A stretch of DNA of 64,000 nt from Hydrolagus colliei (Eukaryota): contig CM068769.1 of assembly GCA_035084275.1 (NCBI GenBank), positions 6,696,001 through 6,760,000 on the forward strand, read 5' to 3'. Below are positions 1-13,885 of the stretch, in pieces; within the stretch, counting starts at the first letter, position 1; every line of letters starts with the position of its first letter. A program made the position numbers and the translations under genes. Under the pieces are notes generated by a model. It was not told where the DNA came from. It did not search any database and worked only from the letters and a program-made list of their open reading frames with translations.

Positions 1-329
1 AAACTACGCTGTGAACTGAACTGTTTGATAAAATACAGTGGTCATGAATATGCAATCTTGAATCCCATTTTTGTTAAAGATAACGTCAATTTCAATCAAT
101 TAACGAGCGAAAACAGAAAGAGTTTTCTGTGCATAGAAGCTCATTAATGCAGGACTGGTTAATTTGGGACTGTTCATAGGACGCAGCTGTGTACAATTGG
201 CAGCCACATTTTGCCCTAACAAGTATAGTGAAGAAACTATACAGTGGAGTCTGTGAATTGTTTGGTGTATCTCACAGTGAGGGAGGACGTCTGGTTCGGC
301 TACCACAAGAGTCTCCATACCTTGAGCGG

Positions 330-2330
330 TGACACATCTCCCTCTTCCATTGACAATGATACAGAGCCAATACAGAAGCCCAGTGACATGCTTGATCTCA
401 GATGTCCTTCACATACTGCATTCTTTTCATGGCCCACTCGACATTTAATCAAATCTGCAACACTCCTTATCTCAGCCGCTGTCTAAAAGCCAGGCTGTAA
501 TTCTTCTCATACAGCAAAACCAATAGCAAAATACAACGATTGTTATTGTGCAGGTTCGACCACTAGAAGGACTTTCCCAATATTTCCTCCATAAATTGCA
601 CATCATCCAATAACCTGCAGCCGATATTTGCTCCTGCACCAAACTACACAGCCGTATCAATACCCTATTCTCACCCGATTTCTTAAGTCGTTGAACAGTC
701 AGGGGATGGGGATCCGAGCAGGTGTTGTGGGTAGTTTGGGCAGGGTTCCGTTGGATTTGAGCACAGAGTTAGAATGCTAACCGAAGGCAAGGACTAAGAA
801 GAGTTCCTTGAGACATGCCTTGAAGGAGACAAGCGTGGCAGCAACGTGAAGGGATTGTGTTTTGGTGTAAAGAGACTGAAGTTGCAGAGAGACTGAAAGC
901 CAGGATACCGAAATACGATGTGTTGGGCAGGAGACAAGGAGCAGGTCGGAGCCTGCTAAATGGAGAGAGTTTGTATGTTATTAAGGGGTGAGTAGGTCAG
1001 AGACAAATGAGAGGGCAATCCTTGGTTGGCCATGGAAGTGAGGACAAGTATCTTAATTTCGATTCTCAGTCAGTCGAGTGTTGAGGTATTGGGGACATGG
1101 AGGCTGGAGCGGGAGAAGACATGAGTTGCAGAGTTTGGGGATGATCTACAGCTTGTAAAGCGTAGAGTTGGGAAGACTGACAAAGATGGACTTGGCGTAT
1201 TTGAGCCTAGAGGTGATACGTGTATTTGTATTCATTTCAGCAAACTGATAGGTGAGGCAGTAATGGAGAAGGCTGATATTCTGGAGGTAGTGGAAGATGT
1301 TGCTGTTCATACCATGGATATCGGGCAGAAAGGACATGTCACATTTAAATAAGTCAACAACAACAACAAATATATAATTACACTTGTATAGCGCCTTTGA
1401 ACTCAGGAGGACATACCAGACAGTCATTGCTTCTGACACTAGGTGCAGACCAAAGTAGAAGGGAAGTGGGTTTTAGAAGTTGCCAATAGGTCCTTCGAAG
1501 AGGAGAGTGAGATGCGAGGCTTGACGGAGGCCAGGGAGCGAGCGGGCGGAGGGAATGTGGCATGGAGTTCCAGAGGTTGAGGGCAGAATGTCGGAAGTCT
1601 CGCCCGTCACATATGGGGCGGGTTACTTCGGGGACATGGAGCATGCCAGGTTCCTGACAAGTTCGTTTGGCAGAAGTGTGCATCCGTGGATGCTGATGCT
1701 GCTGGTGACTGTGGTGCAGAGGCACTAGCACGTACCAATTAGGAGGCCTGAGTTTTGCCTCGCAATGAGCCGTGGAAAGTTTTCCATCTTCCAGGAATCT
1801 ATATCCTCGATGCTAAGGAATAGGGCCTGGGATGGAATTAAACCAATGACAGAGGCAACGTAGAGCCGGTATCAGTTAAAGGACATGAACCATTCTCGGA
1901 CAGAATCTTTCAGATTGAGTTGAGAAGAGACGCAGTGGAGGAGGATTGAATGCGCCACTGCGTCAATGGCAGAGAATACATTACAAGAACCAGGTCATCA
2001 CTTTGAATGCCCACCAACAACAACAACAAAATCATTATATTTTTGCAGCGCTATTCACGTCGGGAAGACAAACCAAGGTGCTCAATGCACTTCCTCCCAT
2101 CTACTTATATGATCCCATTACAACCTGCCAATGTGTCCATTCATTTCACTCAGTAGGGTGCTTCCTGCTTCAAGTACAATACCTTGACTGCCACACCATT
2201 AGCATTCAGGCCTTTAGCTTCTCTGCCCTCAAACCCTGGAAGTCCATCCAACAGGATATTCAGCTCGACTGCTCCCTTATCTCCTTCAAGTCACATCTGT
2301 TTTTACAGGTAAATGTCAGATAGGCTTACA
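330..2330. mobile_element. Cluster of decayed L2-clade LINE fragments in both orientations
   Basis: Degenerate L2 ORF2 C-terminal peptides (e.g. ALNLWNSMPHSLRPL in ORF 1378..1731) and the reverse-complemented L2 3' tail (CAA)n-TTATATAGCGCCTTT at ~1360-1400. Boundaries approximate. Confidence 0.7.
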
Positions 2331-2779
2331 CCCTCCTTATTGGGAATGTCCAGCCTTTCACATCACATGCAGATCAGCTTCAGAATCTAGAAATGCACCT
2401 TCATTCTCATCATGTCATTCAGGTACCTGGGAATCATGTTCAACCGTCACCTGTGCTTGAACCCAATATTAATGACATGACACACAATGCCACCCCCCAA
2501 CACCATAATATTGCTAACTGCACCGCGCAATGCACAAACCCTTCCATATGTATATGTCAACGTCAAAAATTGATTGCAGATCCGTCTATGTTGACACTTC
2601 CAAATCTTCCCTACATAAGTTGAAGATGATATAGATCTGAAGCTGGTGACCTCTGGTTCATTAGAATGAATATCTCATTTTGCTTCCTCCAATATTCATC
2701 TCAGAGCTTACTAATTTTCCAAGCCTCATACTATAATAATAGCAAACTTTGCATTGGATATAGCATTTTTCAGCTTTTC

Positions 2780-3480
2780 TAGACTTCTCAAAGTGATTCA
2801 CATGATACACTGTACGTGAATTGATTATACTTATGGGCTAAACGTGGCAGCCAATTGCGCCCAGCAGTGTCCCACAAACAGTCGTGGATTGAAATGACAA
2901 GTTTTACTGTGCTGTATTTTTCCGAGCGATTATCATCTACAAATTTGTGCAAGATTATGCACCCAATAACCTTGTTCAATTCGTTGCTAATTAAAAATGA
3001 TCATGTATAAAGTATAGTTATAAAGAAATAAGAAGCATCTGAGGGGAATTATCAGAAATGTTGAAGCAATAAAATGACCAATAAGTTAATGCATTTGATA
3101 GTTTCTCTCTTATTTTTAAAACAATATTTCGTGTTTAAATAATAAAGAATATATTAATCAATCTTAAAATTGATCTAACACTTTTCACATCTTCGAGACA
3201 TCTCAAGTAGTTTCGCAGTTCATATTGTTAACTAGAAATTTTGCGCTCAAATCGTGGTAGCCAGCAGTTTCTCACAAACTTTCATGAATTAATCTATATA
3301 GTTTATTGCTGGTTTTTTTTACTTCAGGAATTACTAACAGGTGTGTACAGTAAGACAACTTGCCAAGGATTTTCCGTGCTGGAAATTGAATGAACTTCTC
3401 GATTATTAGTATAAATACTGAGCTACAGCACTTCAACCACTGGGCAACAGGACTCCCAACAACGGAGGATTCCAACCAAT
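2780..3480 (-). mobile_element. Two decayed tRNA-derived SINE copies (~2780-2990 and ~3230-3480)
   Basis: Reverse complement of the SINE body (GTGGGACACTGCTG...AATTGGCTGCC) and tRNA-like head (GTTGCCCAGTGGTTGAAGTGC), matching the copy at 16760-17115. Confidence 0.75.
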
Positions 3481-3859
3481 GAGTTGTAGCTAATTCTATA
3501 GAAAATTTCGGTATAGAAAATACCTTGACAAATAATATGCAACAAATAAATTTCAGAATAATAGCCAGAGTTTGAGCACTTTCAAATTAGAAAATTTAAT
3601 TAGTCAACAAAAATGAATTCTAAATTGATATGGTGTTCACGGTGAGTTTCTGAAGTCTCTGTGTTGCATGTAACAAACGATTGAATATATATATATTGGG
3701 GAGTCGAAGAATTACGGAATACAGTTGTAGACAAACTGCATTTTACTGATTTATTGATTGAGGGGCTCCCCTAAATCCTCTTTGAAAACTACCATCCGAA
3801 CAGTCATAATACTATTCATTCAATGGTATTCCTCGATAGAAATAAAAGATGCAGAGAGC

Positions 3860-4200
3860 AAGAAAGTTTAAAAACCTAGCAATATACGCCAGCTAGTCTA
3901 ACGTCAGTGGTATGGAAATTTGTAGAGACTTTTTTCTGGAGCAAGACAAATTTTCATTTGGATAATTATGCGTTAAAACAGCACATCCAACAGCCATGTG
4001 TTTGCTAATGTCAAATGATATCTAGCAAACAATATAGAGTGTTTTGAACGATGTAGCAGAGAGTTTGAATGAATGTAGAGCAGTTGTTCTTGTTTCGATG
4101 GCTTTCCCAAAATACACTTGATAAAGTGCCTCTTCTACACAAAAACTGGAAACAGACAATATTAAATGAAAATAAAAGAAAATAGATAATTTGTTGGGGT
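3860..4200 (+). mobile_element. CR1 LINE reverse transcriptase remnant
   Basis: Degenerate YRPVSLTSV...LDKVP-like stretch resembling the CR1 ORF2 at 25-26 kb. Confidence 0.55.
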
Positions 4201-4839
4201 TAGTGTATGTACATTAGGTGTTATTGTTTATGTCTCATATTATTCATCCCAACTCGACCACCCACCTTCCCTGAAAAAGTATCTCCAATTTGCCTGCGAG
4301 TCGTCTGACTACCTCGCAATCTGGGATTGATCCGCAATGATACAAACTGCTCCATCGCTCTCTCACACAACTCTCTCCTCTCCACTCGCAATGCCTTTGT
4401 TCAACACACTATCCAAACTGCTTGACCTCACAAAAATTAACCTGCTCAATCAGCTACTTCCTCTCATTCAACAAATAAGGACGTGCCACCTGTCTCAAAT
4501 ATAAACTAATGGTAGATCTGGCTGGACCTCACAAACATTACCCACTCCGTTAAACCTTGTTTCAAGCCAACATAGTCTGTGATATAAGGGCAATACCATG
4601 CTCCGTTTTTACATTACCATCCAGCTTCCCTGCCTACTCGTTGACGCCTCACCCATTCTCTCTTATAAAAACAACCACAAAGTTAATCTGATTTCCTGGA
4701 AACACAAACCATGGAATAGCTTAGCTGCCTTTCTATTTCAAAATACTGTACTCAACCCCATCTTGACCGTACATATAGGTTCTTATGCATTCCACCCCAT
4801 TGAGCTCCTGAAGCTCATTGACTTATACATTTGAAAATT

Positions 4840-5110
4840 GTATTCGAATCCAGGTAGTTCAGGGCGAAACCTTTGACAAGTTTCCTAATTCCACAAACGT
4901 AATAATGATCTCTTCAATAAACCACAATAATAAAATTGGTCATTTCAAGTCACGACTGTTTGTGGGACGCTGTTGTGCGTAATTGGCTACCGTGTTTCAC
5001 CCGCAAATATAGTCAATTTAATTTGCAGAATGTTCTGTGAAACGCTTGATGACCCCACTCCAAAGAAGACGTGAAAATCATTGCATCAAACTGAACGATG
5101 ATTATATTAT
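4840..5110 (+). mobile_element. tRNA-derived SINE (5'-truncated)
   Basis: Body and tail match the copy at 16760-17115 (AATAATAAAATTGGTCATTTC...TTCTGTGAAACGCTT). Confidence 0.75.
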
Positions 5111-5754
5111 ATTACCTTCAAAATTGAGAACATATATCCCCCCTCCTGTCTCACCAATATTACAACACACATCAAAGAACCAGCTGCTCAGTCAACCCCT
5201 TCTTATCTCACTTTAGCTACCAGCTTCACCACCTTACCCGTCTACCCACATACACCATCAACATCACCCTGACCATTGGCAATATTCGGACCCAATTAGG
5301 ATTTAGTTTGTCAAATCCTTTCTTATTGATCATTATATATATTTTCTCCACAAGACGCAGATTATACAGTATGTTGTAGCTTTTGTGTTTGGTCTCCTGA
5401 AGGCGTGTGACCCAATCAGCCCCTCACTCGGCCGGCATCACTGTCTTTGATCTCCCATTGGATCATATTCCCAGGATATGGAACCTGCTTTAATTCACAG
5501 TTTAACTACAGTAACATTCGGATGCTTGTTCTTATGTGTGCATGAGTACATGAAACCTCAGGTTGCTCAGACGTCTTAAGATTTATTCAACTTCAAAGAT
5601 CTGCATTCAGTGAAAGATAATCAACTCTACAAAATCTATTATCGAACAATATAAGACATTTTCAATCAGCTTTTTATTGAATGTAAAAGTTATTATTACA
5701 AGGAGACGCAGGATCATTTCTAAGATAGCGGAGATCTGTGTCTGAGTATAATCT

Positions 5755-6100
5755 TGGGAAGACCAAAGAGAGCAACATGGCTAAACATGGTTATATGTGT
5801 GTCCCATCAATCGAGTGATGGGGTATATGAATATGGATTTCTGGCGCTGCCTGAATTAGGACTGGGTCACACCATAGATGGCAGTGTTGGAACAGAAGCT
5901 AAAGAATTGCAGCATGTAACCCACATGCTCAACAATGGTAAAAGGGCTGCTGTAGTCAGACTGCGTCACTGTGGCCTCTCTAACCAGCTGAACCAACGAA
6001 TATTGCAGAAATTGTGAAACGTAGAGTGAGTCTTCACATGAATGCAGCACATGAAGGACATCTGAGATAAAGCAAGTCGCTGAATTTCTGTATTGGCACC
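5755..6100 (-). pseudogene. Pseudogene fragment (TM6-TM7, C-terminus and start of 3'UTR) of a GPR139/142-like GPCR
   Basis: TQSDYSSPFTIVEHVGYMLQFFSFCSNTAIYGVTQS*FRQRQKSIF aligns to the intact paralog TQSNYSSPFTIAEQVSYMLQYLSSCTNTVIYGVTQTQFRQRLKSIF. It has a CAA>TAA nonsense change and indels upstream. The 3'UTR motif TGTTGCTCTCTTTGGTCTTC is shared. The 5' part is replaced by L2/SINE sequence. Confidence 0.88.
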
Positions 6101-6479
6101 AAATTATTATCCATGGCGAAGGGAGATATTGCAACCTCACAAGATATTGAGGCGCTTGTGGGAGAGAAACCAGCGGGCCTACATCATGGTGACATTCACC
6201 AAAACACTTCACATACTTCAGAGTAATGTCACTTGACTGTATATATGTTAGGGCAAACTGTGGCTGCCATTGTACACAGCACCATCCTATTAACATTTCT
6301 GAATTAGTAGACCAGTCCTACTTTAAGGGGTTGTTAAACAAAATTAACTCTTTCTGTTTTCTCTCTTCAATTGATTGAAATTGAATATTTTAAAAAAGAA
6401 ATAGGATTCAAGAGTGCACAGCCATTACCGATATACTTTACTACGCTTTTATTTGTTATTTGTTTTGTTATTTTACTAT

Positions 6480-7480
6480 TTTCACAAAATCCTGTTATTT
6501 GAAACCAATGTCGAGGATCGGACATCCCACATCTCGACACATCCGCATTTCCAACCTACCATTACACTCCAAGGCACTGGAAACAGTTGCTGTTTCCCAG
6601 CTTTGCTACTTCCTTAGTTTACGATCCCTCTTTGAAACTTTTCAATCTTGGCCAAGAATGGAGACATCCATATATAAATTCGCAAATGACATTTCAAACA
6701 GCTGCGCTAAGGCCTTGCTATGCCTTATTCCCCACCTAGACAACTCCATCCTCCTACACCACCGCATCTCCCATTTCAATCTTCGCCGACCTGCCGTTGC
6801 CTGGTTCGACACTTACATATCCCATTGCCTCCACTTTGTTACCAATAATGTTTTGTCCAACATTGTCAACTGTGGCTCTGCATTTCGTCCTCTGCATTTC
6901 GACATCGACTTGCTCCCCCTAGATGGCATAATCTGCAGATGGGTTCAAATGCAGTATGTATACGTATGACTCCCATATCTATGTTTTTACCCCAATCCTC
7001 GATTCCAAGACCACTGATCTACTGACAAACTGTCTAAGAGAAATCAAGTCCTGGATGTGAGCTCGCTTCATGCTGCTGAATGTTTCAAGACAGAAGCCAC
7101 CTTGATTGCCTTCCACCAGTGCCTATTCAGTTCAGGCACTGGCATCAATCTCGATGTTTGCACACTCAACCTCGCTAAGCCAAACAGCAACCTATGTCTT
7201 GATTGAAACTCAACTGTCTTTCCATCCCCCACATCAATACAATTGACCTCTTTGCTGTCCCTCACCTCGGTAACATTGCCCGACTCTGAAACTGCCTCAA
7301 CCCTCTGTCTGCTGAAACTCGATTTCGTGGCATGATTAACTCCAGACTCAAATATTCCAATGCTGTGCTAGTCAGCCATCCAAATCGTCCCTCCACAGGC
7401 TGCAGATTATCCGGAACAAGTCATCCGTTACCTTGGCCATCAAGATTACCTTCGAGTAATCAGAGTTTGCTGGAGGCCAC
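6480..7480 (+). mobile_element. Decayed L2 LINE reverse transcriptase region
   Basis: ORF 6460..6969 resembles L2 RT (ET...K..NDI...LLCL...LDNSILLH...AVAWF..YIS), followed by a degenerate YADD-region. Confidence 0.7.
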
Positions 7481-7899
7481 AGCAATACGGTAATCCTTAC
7501 TGTTGTTAATCCAGATCTTCCAAAGAACAGTTAACTTTAATTTCGTCCTGGTACTTTCAGTCGTATGCAGTTAATCATGTGACTGAATCACTCTATCGCC
7601 ATTCCCGCTAATCACTTTAGCTTTTAGTACTGTTGATCTCAGTCTTGCATCTGTCAATCCACAGCACCTGCAGTGGAGAATTGCATAAATTCACTACCGT
7701 CCTGGTGCAGAAATATTTCTAAAACTCAGTTTTATAAGTCAGACCTCTGGAATTCCATCCTGCAATCCTCCGACACGCCCCACACCCAAGCCTACCTCAA
7801 GTCCTGCCACACGACCTTCTTCATTGATGGTTCAATTGGTCACAATCCCATCCTTTCCCTTTAAAATCCCTGACCGTGATTGCCAACATACAACTTGCA

Positions 7900-8210
7900 T
7901 GTTGATCAAGCGCTCTTCGCACCTTATTAACGTCTCAAATTGCTTCACAGAATATACTATAAAATGGATTGACTGTATGTTTGTGGGATAATAGTGGCAG
8001 CCAACAGCGCCGAGCAGTGTCCCACAAATAGTCGTGGAATGAAATCATCAATATATATTATTATGTTATGTTAATATGTGAACGGATTATGTTTAGGCAA
8101 GTGTAGGAAGGAAACTTGCCCAGGATTTCACGCTCGACTGCCTGGATTCGAACACAGTCTCACGCTTGTAGGGGCGAGGACTATAACCACTGAGCTACAG
8201 GAGTTCCACA
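7900..8210 (-). mobile_element. tRNA-derived SINE
   Basis: Reverse complement of the SINE head (CTCCTGTAGCTCAGTGGTTATAG...GTTCGAATCCAGGCAG), body and tail. Confidence 0.8.
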
Positions 8211-8993
8211 TGATGCAAAAAGTGCCATATAATATAATGTTGTTGTAGTTCTTCTTGTTTTCTGCGTACTCCTCCAAATTAAATTGCTTCCTTAGATAAA
8301 TGTTACATTTTCAGTGTAAGTGTTGAGGCTGTGGCCACGGTAAATCCGCTTGGAGCAGTATACATTCTGTGAGTTGCTTAGCTGCGTTCGCTATACGACA
8401 GAATAAAATAACAATCTAACTTTCTCCCCACTTGTCTGCCCCTTGCTAACGTGCTACTGTACACATAGTGATGGTTGGCCTATGATACCTAAACATTCGA
8501 TATTACATATCGCAATAATTATGGTAATATATATAAGAATTAGAAATATTTTGATGTTACTGCGCTGGATATCTCTTCAAAAGAGTTTTAATCACTCACA
8601 CACACTCAAACATACACACACGAACACACTCTCATGAACAGGAATCTGATTCAGGAGCTTGCTTGCAATTCCATAACAAGGGCAATTACAAGGATTGCAA
8701 AAAGTACTCCATTCAATGGCGAAACACAATACATTTGCTATTGCAATAGGTGGGAGAGAATGCATTTTTACTACTATGTTTCGTGCGATCGATTACAAAA
8801 TCTTCATTCATCACAGAAAACCGTGAAATCGTTTACCACAGTTGTTTGTTCAGATGAACTGTTACTTGTGCAATCACTGTCCCACAGGAGCTGACTCCCA
8901 GTTATAAAGATATGAGGATCTGAAAGGTTAGTAGGAGGTTCTCATTCATGAGCAGCAGGACACAGTTTCAGCAGAAGCCAGTACAGAGTGAAA

Positions 8994-9057
8994 ATGATGG
9001 GAATCATAGAAGCATCGAAGGTGTTTTATCCTACACTAGGAATCATTGGCTTTCCTG
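8994..9057 (+). CDS. Exon 1 of GPR139/GPR142-like class A GPCR
   Basis: ATG at 8994 with in-frame TGA upstream at 8949. Encodes MMGIIEASKVFYPTLGIIGFP, then a phase-1 GT donor at 9058 that joins in frame to exon 2 in the middle of TM1. Confidence 0.8.
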
Positions 9058-11786
9058 GTACGTTGTTGCAAGTGGGTTCACTGATGTATAGCCATGTCTC
9101 GTTGCTCCACACCTGTATCTGCGCACCTGCAAACAGAATTTGTTGGTCTTAAACCTGCTCCACAATACCAAGAGGATGATCTGCAACTGAATTTAGAGAG
9201 AGACACAGTGGGTGACAGCCCAGCAGGAATATCACCAGATGCTGTCACAAAAATAAAACACACTTTACTATTCGAATGCACAAATCACTGGAGAATAACC
9301 AATATATTCTGCTACAAGAATTCATAATTGAAAAGATCACACATTGACTATCCCACAAGGAGAAGTGTATTGAAATCACCAATTTATTATTCTTTTTGAT
9401 GGATTATTATTAGGCGTGTGGAGTAAAGAAACTTGCCTAAAGTTTCGCCCTGACATGCCTGGAATGTAACCCACGTTATGCATGTGCTCCGTCTACTAAG
9501 CTATCAATTTACTAGGTGTAAAATCTCGAGGGCAAGACGGAAAGTTGGGCAAGTTTCCTTGCTCCAAACCCCCTACTTGATTAGCAGTAAGTAGGACATT
9601 GATTGTTAGTCAAATTGTGGATCAATTTTCTAGTTGCAATAATCTCTTCAAATATAGTAGTTAAAATAATTATTTTGTCACTCATTCCACCACTGTATAT
9701 CCATCACTGATGCGCTCTGTTTGTTGTCTAGTATCGCCTGCAATATTATACAAGCGACTTACATCTGTCAAGTGCTTTGTGGCATCTCAAAGTTATGGTA
9801 TTGAATACAAGCGTTACTAATATTATTGGGGAACAAACACCATATTATCTGTATCAGTTAAACAATGAACATGATTCTAATCGTTTAGATAACTGCTAAT
9901 AACTTAAGAAAAAGAGGAAACCTATTGTATTATATTGATGTGTGTAACGGGATAGATATAGGGAGGACTGGCCAGGTGGAGCACAGTTGTAATTTCTCGT
10001 CTTTTTCATGCGACGAAATGAGAGTTATTCACCAGAACTTCTGGTTGGAAAACACATTTTGAGAATTTTGACTCATGAACCATGATGATAATGGAAGATG
10101 TTGCAGATTTGGTGAGTGTTGCACTGCCCAAGTTTCCGTCCTTTAATTGCGATGTTTAACCAACATCTAGTTGGGGTTATCACGTGCAGATTAAATATCC
10201 CAAGACAACCCTCGTAATTATTAGCAATGAATAAGGTGCATTGTAGAATCGATCGTTGTTATCCGATGATCTGCCAGGAACTACTCAACGAGTTGGACTC
10301 TATGAACACTTAACTATTACTTGATATGGACTGAAAAGTGTACCTTTAAAACATATACAGTATGTACTTTAGCTTTGCAAACTATGTTATCTGGGCTTCA
10401 GAAACGAAACAAGGATCAATACTTTAGGAAACCACAAGATGCAAGATCACGTCATGAAGTCAAGTTGAAGACCTGAATATTGTTGAAAACAGAATTGGGG
10501 ATTGGATTGCCACACAAAACAAGGTGGTAACTGCTAAGTTGGGATATGTTTAAGAAGCAGTTTACTGCTACAATGGGTGGCCTGTGGGTTGTAGTATCTG
10601 GAAACGTGGGGATCCGACTCAGAACGTAGATATGAAATGCTATTCAGATTCCAGCTTCTGAATGTGATTTTGTTGTGTGGGGGTATCTGATACAAGTGAA
10701 TACGTCTCAAGTGTTTCAGAAATTTTAAACCAAAATAGATGTCCAAATATGTAATCTATTCCCTATACGTGGGTATTTCTCAGGATCTGGAACGAAGTGC
10801 AAATATCTCCCTTACCACAGTTGGCCCGGATATTTATTATTACATACCATTATTGCGAATGTGTCAAAAATTGCTGAATCCCAGAGTTTGCGTTTGATGT
10901 TTTTTCATTGTGTAACTCAATCGATTGAGCACAATAAGTTCCCGTGAAGATCTCTGCCTGTCAAACTTCTCAACCAACGACTTTCAGCCTGGAAACAAGA
11001 CCAGTTAGAATTTATTTCTCCCCAAATCAATTTCTTAAGACAGGTAACTTTTGCTTTTATCAGAAGTGACTTAGAGTACTGCTGACTGGCCTGTGTTTGG
11101 AATCTAACGACCAGATCAGTCTCACTAAATTGAATTGATTCCATCAGTTTGAGTGGACAAATCCTGGAATGCATTTGTAGTACTCGCTTGAGAGTGAGCT
11201 GACCTGGTTTGATTCCCGGATAAGGCAACACCTTAGCTGTGCTTCAATAGTCCACATTATTCAGTTTGTCTCGCAATAAATTGGAGCCTGGATATTTGTG
11301 GATCACTTCTCCATGAGAAATGTTCAGCCAAAACAATCTAATTTGTTCAAACAATGCATGTCTGTCTAGAGCTCACTATTTGCCCAATTAGCTGGCACTC
11401 ACAAAAGTAAGTTTACTTTTTATGTTTGCAATATCCGGCACTGGCACAATAATCCAAATGGCCTCCCTCTGTGTTATAATATTCTATGAAATTTAACATG
11501 AGCAATTAGTGAAGCTCGTCAATTTGAGAATTCTGATCGACTTGCTCAGCCCCATATCAATTGCCAACAATTACCACAACACTTTGCTATAAGTTGGGTA
11601 TTATTATCATTATTTTATGATTAATCTATGCAGTTGATCATTTTGTGCCATCTAAGTGACATCACAAAATTATCAAACTTTTATTGTACATGATTGTTGA
11701 TGTCACGCATGACTACACTTGCGCCGGTACCATCCCCATCCCCAGGGTTAGAAAAACATGTGATTTTGATTGTGGATTTCCTGCAG

Positions 11787-12691
11787 CTATCGCACTGACC
11801 ATTGTGGTCCTGGCCCAGGGATTGTGTGGACTCTCGAAATGTGTTACCCGCTACCTCGTCGCAATGGCTGTTGCTGATCTGCTGGTTATGTTTATTGTTG
11901 TGATCCTGAGGAAGACATTTCTGCTCCACCTGCCGCACTTGCCCTTGTTCCAGACCCCCGTGTGCCGAGTCCACCTTGTGCTGCGTTTCATTATCATTGA
12001 AACCTCTGTCTGGCTGACCATGGCCTTCACCTTCGACCGTTTTATTGCCATCTGCTGCCCGAAGCTCAAACCCAAATACTGCACCGAGAGGACAGCGGGC
12101 CTGGTGATCTGGACAATCTGTGCATTTTTATGCTTGGAGAACATCCCCTTCTATTTTACATTACAAATGAGGATGATGATCAATGGGCAGCCCTGGTTCT
12201 GCTCTTTCAAGCCCAGCTGTTATACTGATCTCGGCTGGAGGGTCTTTGCCTTTTTGGACATGATTGTAAATCCAATGCTTCCCTTCATCCTCATTGTCCT
12301 CTTGAACACGCTGACCATTAGACAAGTGCTGGTGGCCAGCAGGGTGCGGCAGCGTCTAAGAGGGGCTGCGAAGGGGAGGGACGAGGAGATGGAGAGTCGG
12401 CGGAAATCCATAATCCTGCTCTTTACCATCTCAGGGACCTTCGTGTTGCTGTGGCTCACCTATATGGTAATCTACATATTTGTTATGGTGACAGATGAGC
12501 AGATGACACAGTCAAACTACAGTAGCCCTTTCACCATCGCTGAGCAGGTGAGTTACATGCTGCAATACCTCAGCTCCTGCACCAACACCGTCATCTATGG
12601 TGTGACCCAGACTCAATTCAGGCAGCGCCTGAAATCTATCTTCACTTACCCCATCATTCTCTTACTGGGCCTTTCACGTAATAATGTTTAG
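11787..12691 (+). CDS. Exon 2 of GPR139/GPR142-like class A GPCR (322 aa with exon 1)
   Basis: Acceptor CCTGCAG ends at 11786. Seven-TM pattern with CGLSKCVTRYLVAMAVADLLV, FTFDRFIAICCP (DRY variant), ECL2 Cys WFC, and NTVIYG (NPxxY variant). Uninterrupted to TAG at 12689-12691; AATAAA at 12892. Confidence 0.93.
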
Positions 12692-13448
12692 CTGTGTTGC
12701 TCTCTTTGGTCTTCACAACATTGTAGATTCAAACAGACTGTTTTAGATATATCCTGATATTTGATTGTAACAATAATTAGCAGATTGGATAAAGAGCTCT
12801 TCAATTGGAAGATGGATATTATTGTTTCATATTATATTCTTTACAGTTAGATGTTATTCTCTCAATCCAGATTGATGACGTTTTTTATAACAATAAAAAA
12901 ATGTTGCACATTGAGGTGTTGTATACTCCACAAATGATACAAAAATTCCTTGATGCTGAACGCTGCCTTTTCGCCTTTCCATTTATTCCATCAGCAATTA
13001 GCTCGTTTGCACGTTAACAAAACACTACCTGTCAATCCAAGGAGGACCCTAGGAACTAGAAATGGCATACATACGTTTGGAATAAAAATATCAATATATT
13101 AGTTAGCTCATTGAGTCGGTGGGTACTCCCACTTCTCAGTTAGGGATGCAAAACAGGAGACTGGAATTCAACGAATTAAGCTAGCGCAGAATCAGCAAGA
13201 AATCAGACGGTGGAGAGATTGTGGCTTGTTCCAGAAATGGTAACAGGAGAATGAACACGTATCATCTTCCACGTATTATAGATACTTTATTGCCTGGTAA
13301 ACAGGCCATAAAAATGAACGAGAAACAGTATTGATGATGCTGTATGGAGGCACATAGTGTCAGAAAGCTATCAGAAGTAAATGAGCTTCAGAAAGACTAT
13401 AAGATGATGTCCTTCAACCCACCATCTTGTGGTGTGTTTACAAATATC

Positions 13449-13634
13449 TCAAATCAGTGTTTTGAGCATTCTATGTACACATTTCACAAACTTCATGATC
13501 GAAAGCTCAAACACTGATTTGACAGTTAGATGAAGAACATTAAGACAGGACGACTAACAGAATACACAAAACATGATGTACTCATAGTTTATTATAAGTG
13601 TGTTTTGTGTATTCTACTAGTCCTACTGTCTTAA
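13449..13634. repeat. Two adjacent inverted repeats (hairpins); the second is flanked by TTAA (MITE-like)
   Basis: Arms 13449-13467 and 13505-13522 (TCAAATCAGTGTTT(T)GAGC). Second element 13544-13630 has ~30-bp arms with 4 mismatches and TTAA on both sides. Confidence 0.7.
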
Positions 13635-13749
13635 TTTTTTTTCTAACTGGTAAATAAAAACGTTGGTTTAACTGCGAAATAACCACGTCTTGGAGAGACT
13701 GGAAGTGAAACCACAAAATTCACTCATTGTCAGTCCACTCGCAAATTAT

Positions 13750-13885
13750 GTGTGAGTGTGATGGGAGTGTGAGTGTGAGGGGGTGTGAGTGTGTGTGTGA
13801 GCAGGTGTGAGTGTGAGGGTGTGTGAGTGTGAGCAGTTGTGAGTGTGAGCAGCTGTGAGTGTGAATAGGTGTGAATGTGAGTGAG
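13750..13885. repeat. (GTGTGA)n microsatellite
   Basis: Directly visible hexamer repeat at the left edge of the GC-rich block. Confidence 0.9.

Noticed and set aside
11684-11786. N-terminal 34 aa of ORF 11684..12691 as the GPCR start
   Set aside because: This is intronic read-through. A strong acceptor at 11786 and an upstream exon 1 complete TM1 properly.
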